This document shows, piece after piece, positions 52,431 through 64,000 of a stretch of DNA of 64,000 bases. Each line of letters starts with the position of its first letter. Positions within the stretch are counted from its first letter, which is position 1. This stretch comes from Octopus bimaculoides. Its lineage: Eukaryota. The notes under the pieces are model-generated. The model saw only the letters and a program-made list of their open reading frames with translations. It did no database searches and had not been told where the DNA came from. Location: NCBI RefSeq assembly GCF_001194135.2, contig NC_068989.1, positions 9,920,468 to 9,984,467 on the forward strand, given 5' to 3'. The position numbers were made by a program, and so were the translations under genes.

Positions 52431-54681
52431 CTATATATATATAATTTGAACCTAACAACATTGAATTGTGGTTTAACTACAGACAAACACAATGTAATCT
52501 CTGTTTCTGAAGATTCAAAAGAACATATTTTAGCTACACACTATTTTCTGATTCCAACACATTTTACTTTCAGAGCAAGTTTTAGACAGGTCACCCCTTG
52601 TTTTTCACATACTAACCTTTCTTCTGTTAGTTTTAACTTTTGAACCAAACTTCCTCGAACCCAAATTATTCTTGACTTCAATGACAAATTTAACATGTAA
52701 TATCATCACCAAACTTCCTTCCAATGAAAGGCTCAGAAACAAAGAAAAATTCACCAAATACTTTAATTTTATTTCTTTATTATTTTTTTTTATTTATTTA
52801 AAATTTAAGATGCGAACAGAGAAGCAGGGAATAATAAAATTAATCTCATTTTTCTTTTCTCAATAATTGATTTGTAAATTTCCCCCCCTCCCCCACTTCT
52901 ATCCAATTAATTCCTTTATTAGTATGACTCAGGTTTCATGAAAAGATGTCAGGCAGCATTGCTTGACATCGCACAAGCTAATATTGCAATCAGCACGTTA
53001 TATAAATAAATTGAAGTCCCTAACATGACACCGGCATAATAACTATTTTACCAAGTAAATAAATGATAGCAAATACATTCGACTATCTTTATCTTTGTTG
53101 CCAGACAGGGAGAGGAAACTTTATCTGAACCAATAGTAGCAGAAACTACAAGAAATCTGCAGACAGACAGTGAAGAGACTGCCATGCCACCATAAAAGAT
53201 TAGCTGGTTAGTAGGGAGAAGAAGGTACTCTGAAATTAAAACGTAGATTTGATTTCCAATAAGCTTACAGGAAATAAATATACAAACATATTTTGCAACT
53301 TCTCGAAGAACTAATAAAATATACAATATTATTGTTAGAAAATTTAATTTCCTTAATAATGATCTGATAATTAAATATAACTCCTACACACAAGAGATAT
53401 GCCATTCTGTACACTGGCATGTTTTAGTTGCTAGTATATAATCAATCTAAATGGAAATCAACGGAGTCGCACGGACAAACATGAAGTACAGGGAAGCTAG
53501 AGCGGATATTTGAACTCAGTATTAACAGCGGTCTCTTCGGAACTATATTCTTATTTAAAATTTGCATATATATTTATATATATTCATGACAACAGGTCAA
53601 AGTTGTAGATTATGCATAAAACGTATGACTATATAAGAATAGCAATAGGAATCAAAATGTATATTAGTAAGCACAAGAGTGGAGAGTGGAGAGTAGAAGT
53701 GATCAGAGACGATTCTCCAACTGAATGAACAGAGAGTGGAATTGATGTTTTATTCAATGCATAATCATCCTCACCGCCACTACTGCTGCCACGACTACCA
53801 CCATCATCACCATCGTCGTCATCATCATCATCATCAATTAACTGTGGTTTGAGAGATGCACAAAATTGTTTCTTTAATTCTTGCACGATATTGAGTGTTT
53901 CTCTCCAGCAAATATCAGTGTTCATACCATGTTCATCTCAACAATAATTAACGGAGAATACCATCTAAAAATACTTCAGCTAGTCTTTTGACTTCCATTT
54001 TTACCACATTTCTATTCTCCGCAAATAGTTAGGCTTGTTTACCAGCTCACAACATCAGTATTCGCCACCCTCTCTGTTCTTCTCCCTCTCCCTCCCCCCC
54101 TCTCACTCTCTCTAGTAAAAACCACAACACAGTTTGAAATAGTAGCATGTAAAAATTCCTCTCCTTTCATTAATAATAATATTTCATAATGAACACAGAT
54201 AACCTTCGACTTCGGGGCCAGTAGTATGATCCCTATTAATATCAGAGGAAGGAAGAAACAGGGGTTAAGAAATTCATGCCTTTCCCACACATAGTATTCA
54301 AGTAAATGAACATAAGGAACAAAATTAGGTTGTGAACTCAGCCTGTAAGAAGCTTAACCCTCGTACATTCTAATAGGTTAGGCAAGAACTTTTCTGTGTG
54401 TCTCACTTTTGTCTAAGTCTCGCAACTTTCCCATCCTTCACACAGTTTCTCGCTGTGAAATAGTACACTTTTAGATAAATATTACAAACCATTAAACTTT
54501 TCTCTATATAAAATACAACACAATACCAATTGAAATAACTCACTTAGATTTTCTCTGACATTTGTACAAAAATTTCTTGCTCACATGAATATCTTCAGAA
54601 AATCTTTATTACTTGTAACATTTACAACATACAGAATTTAAAAAGATTTTAACACTAAAAATAAGAACAAAAGTGTGTGTA

Positions 54682-54722
<41 letters not shown>

Positions 54723-57289
54723 GTGTGTGTGTGAATAAATGTGTGTTTGATATAAACAAAATAGAAATCAAAGAATTTGAAAATCTTTTAAATTTTTAAA
54801 AATTATTATTTATATTATCCTCAAACAGACAATTCCATTAACCTATTATTCAATGTTTGCTGCTCATTTTTATGGACTGATTTTCAATAATTTTTTCCCC
54901 CCTTCGTTTCAAAAATCTGCATTTGTGTTCCGCATACCTCCACCACATCTCTTTTGTAATACACCATTATTAATGCCTTGTTAGTTTGCTCAGATCCGTC
55001 CATTCATTCGGAACATGTGAAAATGTACTAAAACTGGATAGAATGAAGGAACAAACTAAACAACTATGTGGAGCGGGGGGGGGGGTATAAATGGGTGTGG
55101 CACAGAGCTAGTTAAATATGTACTGAAAGGTAATTTGCTAACTTGTACTCAGGAAATATCGAACAGGTTATTTTTGTTGTTATTTAGTCTGAGAATCAGA
55201 GCCAGCCATAGACTTTCCCCCCTACTCCTAAATCAAAAAGAGAAACAATTCTTTACCTAGATCAACATCAGACACAATATTTATCAACAATGATTAATAA
55301 CAGAAAGAAACTCTGTGTGTTGTGTGCGTGTTTTTATGTGTGTACTTGCGCATGCATGTATGTGCATTTTGCTTTGATTGTAATAAACATTCAGTATAAA
55401 GTAAGATGAGAAGCAGACATAAGATTCCTGAAGGGTGAACAATGCAGATCAGAAAAGTGCTAGCGGCAGATAACATTGTTGCCGGTGTAAGGGTGGCAGA
55501 CTTCTGGTTTCAGATCAGAATTCTCAGCTGTTTAATGACAGATGGTAGATTCCTACACATGTTACATGCAAGAGAATATTTATAGCTGACTACATGCCAC
55601 TCTCTCCTTTCTCTATGGCTCTACTTCTGCATGGAGGGATTTGGGAGGGGTCGTGGGAAGAAGAAGGAAATCTACTTCAGCTAAAAGCAATCTTTTCTCG
55701 CTCGCGGAATCCTATAAGTGGTTTTCATAAGGGCTTCCTTTGCTTGCCAATGGACTAGACTAATCTGATAAAGAATAAATTAGAGATATGCAAACCTATC
55801 AAAGCAGATCCTAACTCCAGTTAGGAAGTGATGCTTAGAACAAACAGAGTTACTAATTTTCTCTCATCCCTTCTGGACAGAAAGTTAATGGACACTTTCA
55901 CAGATGGCTTATATCTATGATTGCAGCTTAAAAAATAATCAATTCTTGAAAAGAAACCTTGCACTTGAAAATATATTGGAATAGTTAACTTCTGATTAAA
56001 ACGAATGTAAACTTTAGGGGTCTGAAGTTATGATGAAGAACATCTTTGAGAGTCAAGTGAATCAGATTATGGAGAAAAACAGGAAGAAGAAGAAGAAAAA
56101 GAAAGATTTTTTTTTTTTTTTAACAATGAAACTATTTCTCAAAAAATTCAATATGAAATTGGTTTTTCACTGTCATTCAAGAAAAGAGATAAATTACTTT
56201 CTGAAAAATATTTGAAGCCATGCTGCTGAAGATAAATATCACCAAATAAAGTTAGGAAGAACATGCAACACTTTTCCCACTTAACACAAAATAAATTTAC
56301 ACTTTCCCCAAATATTTTTGCAACTGAATAAAATCAAACTACTTCAACTTCAATGTGATTCTTGCTTTGCATAAATTCTTTAATTTTTCTCAATAACTGT
56401 CAAATGTGTTCTATTCTTGCTTTTGAAACTTAAGAATCCTTTCACAAGGAATAACATTTTTTTTTAATATTATATGTTTTGCCTGTTTTAAAGGGTGATC
56501 TTTCTTGTTAAATTATTACGTATCAGTTACATGGTAGAATATTTCCAGCTCATCACTAGAGAGGAGCATATAATTGACAATGGCTGGAATTTAGATATCA
56601 TAAATACAGACAACCAACAGTATCACCGAAATCTTCATGTCCTCACAAACTATCGCCATCTTTCTGAAGTGTTATGAGAAAAAGCAATAAATTCCAGACA
56701 GAAATAAAGACAAACATGATAGGAACAAAGAGAAAAACCAATGCTTGCTGAATTGTAAAAGAACTGGCAAGAAGTTAAATAAATCATTTTAATTTTATTC
56801 TAATGATAGCTAATGAATATAATATTGTCCTAGTAATTCTGGTTGCTAGTAGTATCACTACTAAAACATTACTAGACTTCGCTGATTGTTTCATCAACTA
56901 TGAAATTATTTATTTAGTGCAAAGAAATACGGCAAATTTTAATAAGTAGCTATTACAATAGTGGACAATAGCTTTTCACTGAAATGAAGAAAATAAAGTA
57001 GAATGTTATTACACCATGACAACAGAACACCATTTTTTTTTTCCTTCTTCCTCTTTAAGTGGTTCACAAGCTGGAAATTAATAACTTCTAATTTCACTAA
57101 ACAATGAGAAAAGTGAGGTGTCCACATGGTATATTACTTGTATAACTAAAATCCAGTTTATTTTAAAAAAAAAAAATTTGAAAACATTCCTCTAAAATAC
57201 AAATCACTTCATTTATCTAGAGCTTTATATGTGCTTCAAGATCCACTATTCCAATATATATATTATTACATATATATATATTGGAATAG

Positions 57290-57680
57290 GAGGAGTGGCT
57301 GTGTGGTAAGTAGCTTGCTTACCAACCACATGGTTCTGGGTTCAGTCCCACTGCGTGGCACCTTAGGCAAGTGTCTTCTACTATAGCCTCGGGTCCACCA
57401 AAGCCTTGTGAGTGGATTTGGTAGATGGAAACTAAAATAAGCCCATCGTATATATATATATATATGTATGTGTGTGTATATGTTTGTGTGTTTGTCCCCC
57501 AAACAACTGATGCTGGTGTGTTTACGTCCCCGTAACTTAGCGGTTCGACAAAAGAGACCGATTGAATAAGTACTAGGCTTACAAAGAATAAGTCCTGGGG
57601 TTGGTTTGCTCGACTAAAGGCAGTGCTTCAGCATGGCCACAGTCAAATGACTGAAACAAGTAAAAGAGAGTAAAAGAGTA
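57290..57680 (+). mobile_element. SINE family A, full length, young (reference copy)
   Basis: Head ggagtggctgtgtggtaag..gggttcagtccca (A/B-box-like), body gtggcaccttaggcaagtg, TA/GT microsatellite, and (gtaaaaga)n tail. Confidence 0.93.
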
Positions 57681-57814
57681 TATACTGGGGTAGCTATGTA
57701 TCTCTTTTACAACAAGACACTTGTTTCTACTCCCCAATCATACTTCAGCCTCTAATCATGTGACACAAAACCATCTCCCTTAATACTACTTCCCACACCT
57801 CAGCTGAAGGGTCT

Positions 57815-58045
57815 TGTCTTGGTGAGTTCCCTGGTGACCTCACTGGTGCTGGTGCCAATTAAAAAGCACTCAGTATACACTGTAAAATGGTAGGTGTTAG
57901 GAACAGCATCCAGCCATAGAAACCATGCCAAAGCAGACAGTGGAACTTGGCAATGGCATCTGACTTGTCAGCTCCTATAAACACCTCCCAACCCATGCCA
58001 GCATGAAAAACGGATGCTAAATGGTGAGGATGATGATGATGACAT
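57815..58045 (+). mobile_element. SINE family C-related older copy
   Basis: aaaagcac..ttaggaacagcatccagc..caacccatgccagcatg..gatgatgatg. Confidence 0.75.
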
Positions 58046-58759
58046 ATACCTCAAGGCTGGTGATGTTTGGAGTATAGAAAGATCATTTCAATTACAGGTA
58101 CATACATAGCTTACCTACCACCTTGATAATAAATCACACAAACACAGAAACTCAAGAGTTAAATGGCAGACTAAGTAGTCAGTTGTACAAGTGTGTTTCA
58201 CCTTTATCCTTTGTAATATGAACAACAGAATACAACAGCAACAACAACAGCAACAAAATAGCTAGTATAAAGTATTGTATTCTTCAATAGTCTTGAAAAT
58301 AAAAAAAAATTTTTTTTTTTGCTATCATCTGGGAAGATTCCAGAAATTGCTCATTCCTTTCAGAAAGAATATTTGTCATATTTTCAATAATAGACCAATC
58401 CCTTTAAGGCATGAGTAAATCAGACACAAGGAAGGAAAAAATATATATATATAATATCTGGGGAAAAAAAATTTTCAGTAAAATATAGCAATGATAATTA
58501 CATCTCTGTGTGTGTATATATATACACCTAACAATGACGAAATTATGTTCAACCTTTCAAGAGGCTCTGCCATTTATCCACTTATCAAAAATCTCCCATA
58601 CAATACAAAGTTGCCATGTAAAGTACTGCTGTTTTTGTTTGCCTACCTGTTGGCCAAAACTGCAACATTGGTCTCCAATAATATTCACTGCATAAGTTAA
58701 CAGTTATTCTCCTCTCCTGAGGAAATATATTTCTTTCTTTCTTTCTTCTCAACTAACAT

Positions 58760-58809
<50 letters not shown>

Positions 58810-59599
58810 AGACAGACACCACCCCTACAAACAATCATGTTTATATAGTAAAATGCTATTTAAAAGCCAATTGTTACAAGCAAAGATTTGTTGTGATGAA
58901 ACTAATTCGGTCGTAAAACTATTAAAACTTTACACAACAACTGATAAATAACAATAGAAACAATTTACTACTTAAGAATGTATTGGATGATTTACCGATT
59001 CCACACGTTCAGCCAGTTGAAATACAATGAAAATTTCGAGATCAAGTGTGACAAATCAGAATAAGAAAAGGAATAAAAAGAAAAAGCTTATGTCGATTTG
59101 TGATGAAAATATGGTTAGTTCTAAGTGACACTCTTTCAATGTAATTTGACATTGATAACACCATTTGAGAAACTGCACTACTTCCCACTGAGATGTAGTG
59201 GCCATTAACCTGGATACAGAAATAATATAAATTCTAAATTAATACTTTGCAGCCATTTTCAACATGCTGTATGGCCGTCAACATAGTCAATATTTTCACA
59301 AACTAAATGCCTCATGTATGCATGCATGCATGCATGTATGTGTATCACACCTGTTTCTTCTCTCTTTTCATTCTCTTTCTCCCTCTCCTTCTCCCTCCCA
59401 TCTCGCATCTCCCTCCCTCCCAACCAGTGGGTGAGGAATAGGAATAGTGTCTACCTGCCTAAGACTGAGATGGTTCAAATTTTGCTATGAGTAGTAGTAG
59501 TAGTAGTAATAGTAGTTTCTTGATAGCATTATGTGAGACAATGCAGAAGTAAAGCATATTTTCATGAGGACGTTCCATATTAATTTCAACAAAAAACAC

Positions 59600-59785
59600 T
59601 CTTGGAGTGGTTGGCTACACTCTGCTGAGTGGTTGGCGTTAGGAAGGGCATCCAGCTGTAGAAACTCTGCCAGATCAGACTGGAGCCTGGTGCAGCCATC
59701 TGGTTTCACCAGTCCTCAGTCAAACCGTCCAACCCATGATAGCATGGAAAGTGGACTTTAAACGATGATGAGGATGATGATGAAA
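59600..59785 (+). mobile_element. SINE family C, 5'-truncated
   Basis: RTE-like tail as at 44880-45030. Confidence 0.88.
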
Positions 59786-59809
59786 ATAATATGCTCGGAA
59801 GCGTAATAA

Positions 59810-60010
59810 CATAGAAAAGCTAATTCTTATTTATTCACACTTTATAAAATCATTCCTGTATTACCTTGTAGCTTTGGAATTTTGAAGATATGATTGTTTA
59901 TCTTATGAATGACATTGCAGGATAGATGTGAGAGGCTGGATCTGTCCAGTTTGAATAAAAACCAGGTAGAATATTTGGGCCTGGTATGGTCAATTTATAT
60001 AAAAGGCTGA
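59810..60010 (+). mobile_element. piggyBac-like MITE (subfamily 2), diverged, ends eroded
   Basis: gtgagaggctggatctgtccagtttgaa..ggtagaatatttgggcc. Confidence 0.65.
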
Positions 60011-60194
60011 AGCAAATTTGCTAACCCTCAACATTTCCATGATCCATTTTGTTAGCTCTGAATACAACAAAGTAAGATTTCTGTTGGACTTTCTTGCTAA
60101 CAGTGGACACTTTCCTCAACCATTCTTGCTAACTTTGAGCACATCTGTACATGTTCTTCAAGATGTACCCAATTCTTGTTCTAAGAGATTGCAT

Positions 60195-60290
60195 TAAATC
60201 TCGGTTACTTGACTGGCACGTTATTTTATTGATCCCAGAAAGATGAAAAGCAAAGCTAACTTTAGTGGGATTTGAACTTGAACCAAGGGT
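60195..60290 (-). mobile_element. SINE family B fragment
   Basis: ttattttattgatcccagaaagatgaaaagcaaag..ggatttgaact. Confidence 0.6.
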
Positions 60291-60910
60291 AAATAAAGAT
60301 AATAATGATAAAATTTCTTCTAAGAAAACAAACACTGGGTTTGCTTTATTTGAGGCTGATGAAAGGAAAATTACTGTCTGACAAGAAAACACCAACAAGA
60401 CACTCCTAAAAAAAAAAAAAACGGGGGGGGGGCGGGGAGAACAAACAAAACAATGGCAGCAACATCTCTCCTGAAGCCGAACAATCAAAGTAACAAAAGG
60501 AAAAAGTTCAAAGCAAGCCACCTCTAGCACTAAATATTTAACTCCTTTTACTACAAATCTACTTGAGAGAATCATACAAAAGCATTTCACGTTAGAATTA
60601 TAATCTTGACCAAAACCTCATAACATGATCAACAGAACCATAAAAGTAAAGTTACATATATATTTTACATTAATTGAGTATTAATTGAAACACCAAGACC
60701 TATCTACTCAAGAACAACAGTCGGAAAAGGATACACTCCACACTTAATCATAAACTAATGGTTTCTAGAATATCCTGCTATAGCAATTCACCACTAACTG
60801 AGCCTGACTCACTGTAATTAAAACTAACTAAAGAACTTAAGAATAAAAAGAAAAACAGCTCATTCTAAATCTCTGAGTGAGAGATATGCAGTAACAGTAC
60901 TGAATAGAAG

Positions 60911-61224
60911 AGTTTATTTGCCAACAGAATGTGGCAGTCCATACAAGGACGATGTTACTGTTGTTTAATCACAGGAAAAATCTTTTCCCGCTGGTTATCG
61001 ACACACTAGCCAGTGATTGTCTTGCACCGAAGATGGGAAACAACTCAGAAACCTAGGTCTGTGAGTATCACAAGGGCTGGAGATGGGAGCGATGACCACC
61101 TTTGCTTATACTATACAGACACAAACTGTGTGTCGATAGCCAGCTGGAAAAGATTTTTCCTGGAGCTAAACAACAGTAACATCGTCTTTGTATAGGACTG
61201 CCACATTCTGTTGGCAAATAAACT
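60911..61224. mobile_element. Fold-back or MITE-like element with inverted arms of about 96 bp
   Basis: 60911-61006 is the reverse complement of 61128-61224 with about 8 differences. Confidence 0.85.
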
Positions 61225-61276
61225 TTACTAACTTAAGAATACATAACTATGTACTTTTATCTTTTGTTTCATTGAA

Positions 61277-61410
61277 GGAGTATGGCCTGGTTGTTAGGCT
61301 GTGCGCTCACAATCACTAGATGTTGGGTTTGATTTCCTGACTGGGCAGTATATTCTGTTCTTGAGTAAAACACTTCATTTCACATTGCTCCAGTCCCCCT
61401 TCACTCTAAC
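61277..61410 (+). mobile_element. tRNA-derived SINE head (fourth family), truncated at the microsatellite and gap
   Basis: ggagtatggcctggttgttagg..gggtttgatttcc..tgttcttgagtaaaacacttcatttcacattgctccagt. Confidence 0.65.
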
Positions 61411-61877
61411 ATATATATATATATATATATATANNNNNNNNNNNNNNNNNNNNNNNNNNNNNNNNNNNNNNNNNNNNNNNNNNNNNNNNNNNNNNNNNNN
61501 NNNNNNNNNNNNNNNNNNNNNNNNNNNNNNNNNNNNNNNNNNNNNNNNNNNNNNNNNNNNNNNNNNNNNNNNNNNNNNNNNNNNNNNNNNNNNNNNNNNN
61601 NNNNNNNNNNNNNNNNNNNNNNNNNNNNNNNNNNNNNNNNNNNNNNNNNNNNNNNNNNNNNNNNNNNNNNNNNNNNNNNNNNNNNNNNNNNNTTATAACT
61701 TTGCCATTGTTCTCTTTATCCCTTTCTCTCTTTATACATACACACGCTAATACACGACCTATGTTATAATCCCCACTCTTGTTTATACAACGAATGGGGC
61801 AAAACTAGTCGGTATACAGCACTTACTCGGTATTACCTGTATCTTTGGGTTTGGTTGAATCCAATACCCTTCATAAC

Positions 61878-62043
61878 CTGAGTGGTTGGCGTTAGGAAGG
61901 GCATCCAGCTGTAGAAACTCTGCCAAATCAGATTGGAGCCTGGTGTTGCCATCCGGTTTCACCAGTCCTCAGTCAAATCGTCCAACCCATGCTAGCATGG
62001 AAAGCGGACATTAAACGATGATGATGATGATGATGATGATGAT
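61878..62043 (+). mobile_element. SINE family C, 5'-truncated, young
   Basis: gagtggttggcgttaggaagggcatccagctgtagaaactc..aagcggacattaaacgatgatg. Confidence 0.92.
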
Positions 62044-64000
62044 ATATTATATAAACACAAACACACATATACACACACATACATATTCACCATTTCCTGA
62101 AAATTACAATGTACATGACACTGCTCTCTGTAACTTTATACTGATCCTTTTTGTTACAGTGTAATATTATTACAGGATACTCAACCAAACCATAGAATAT
62201 GGAAGAACAGGCTGTTAAACCAAACAATCAAATTTCAAGGAGCACTGTTTAGCACATTAAAACCAAATTGATGCCACCTTTTAATGTGTAGACAAACACT
62301 CTGGCACACATGCACACACTAGGAGCCTTAGAACAAGCCATTGTGAGACAGCTGCTGTTGAGTTTCTCCAATCTCCTGCTTATGTTTACTGATCAAATAC
62401 TTTGTTCTTAATCCAGGGTCCGTAATCAACCCAACCAGATGATCAACACACTACGGATGCTTCTGAAGCAGTATTTCTGTGCGTGTGTGCATGTGTGTGT
62501 GTGCACGCACTCGTGTATGTGTGTGTACATCCTTGTATATATTTGGATAAAGACACAGACATATGCACATGCAGACATAGATGCAGGAGAAGATGATGAT
62601 GCACACTCATACAAAAAGGGACAATTCAAACAACCGTTTGACTTTAATACGAAGTTATAGATCAAAATAGGTAAAGATGTCCTACTTGAAGTTGTTGCTG
62701 CAGAAAGCTACTATCATGTCACTGAGATGTAATCATACACAAGGATTTTCGATGATACTGTTGTTGAAAAATGTCAACAGTAATGTACGGAAGTGTCAAG
62801 AGATATAGAATGTTGGTAAAAATGTTGAGATGCACCAAGACGGCTACCAACCAGAACCCACCTTGGACCCAACCACCCACACTCTCTATCACTAGTGTCT
62901 TATAAGAATAAGATATTTCCATATTGGATGGCTCCACTTTTTAATTTATTCATAACAGTTCAAAAGCAGGAAGGAATTTCACATACATTCTTAGGTTGAA
63001 ATCAAACACAAAAAGAAAGAAAAAAAAAAGGAAAAAACAAAAAACAAATCTGAAGAAAATGGTGGGGGGAGAAAACAAAGACGACATCAATGAATGATGC
63101 AAAAAAACAAAAAAAAAAAACAGATCTATATGTTGCTAAGCTAGTGTTAAAGATAACAACAGAAGAACCAAAAAGAAAGAAAAGAAAAAAAACGAGAAGA
63201 AAAAAAACGGGAGGAGACAATAACAAACTTGATTTACTGTGGAAAAAAATATCTACAGTACAACAACAACAACAATAATAATAATAATAAAACAATCGGA
63301 AACTATTGTGTTTCAATAAAACTCAATAGTACCAGTGACAGTAATGGTAATGTGTGTGTGTGTGTGTGTGTAGGAGATTTATCTAAGTAACTTTTTTTTT
63401 TTCATCCTAACATTTTGATCATTATTATTATTATTGTTGTTGCTGTTAACATTTTGTTGTTACTCTTTAAGATGGAGATGGAAACGGTGCTGAGAAGGAA
63501 AAAATACCAGCTCAATGATTTACAGTAGAATGAATGCCTCATTGTTTGAGGTAATTTTTTTTTATTTTTCACTTTTTGATCAAATGTCAAGGTTAACTTG
63601 TTTTTTCTTTTTCTCCCCCTGTTCTTTTTAAATCACCCATCACCTCAAAGGTGTTAAAATATCTACCAGTAACAAAACTTGATCAAATCAAGTGAATTTT
63701 GTGAATTACATTAAAAATAACACCAAAATCCTGGACAATCTGCCAAGTGACAAAAAAGAAGAAAAAAAATAAACAAAAAAATAAGAAAGAAATTATTGGC
63801 AGAAATGGTATTTCCCAGACTCTAAAATGTTTTTAAAATATTTTGTTCTGAACTTTTTACATTGTGTGTTCAAATTCCAGGTATTACTGGTATTTGCATA
63901 CCAGTAATGTGGCAACATTTTATAAACAAACTTTGGAAGAATCAGATGTGTTTGGTATCTTACACATAAGAAAGTAAATTTCAAACATAGTATACTCTTT

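Noticed and set aside
55294-55476. Signal-peptide-like ORF MLSAASTFLICIVHPSG
   Set aside because: No usable donor, runs into a CA repeat, and hydrophobic bias is expected in AT-rich DNA.
60129-60590. 153-aa minus-strand ORF
   Set aside because: Spans a SINE fragment and homopolymer runs. No recognisable motif.

Overview
AT-rich eukaryotic DNA, very dense in microsatellites, with seven assembly gaps. The SINE, MITE and LINE families and the repeat density point to an octopod cephalopod genome (inference from recalled repeat families, not from a search). I cannot support any host protein-coding gene: the long ORFs in the track are microsatellite or gap artefacts, or decayed retroelements. Supported content: about 14 copies or fragments of a tRNA-headed CORE-like SINE, a second tRNA-derived SINE, an RTE-tailed SINE with internal tandem repeats, TTAA-flanked piggyBac-like MITEs (three apparently interrupted by RTE-type insertions), one hAT MITE, one mariner MITE, a fold-back element with arms of about 96 bp, a decayed Penelope-like element with Naiad-type motifs, a fossil hammerhead ribozyme, RTE and CR1 LINE remnants, and a tRNA-like sequence. 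Weak circumstantial signals suggest a minus-strand transcription unit with short, mostly non-coding exons and a promoter-like patch near 22.1 kb. I did not find a convincing previously undescribed system. The findings are leads, mostly about retroelement biology.
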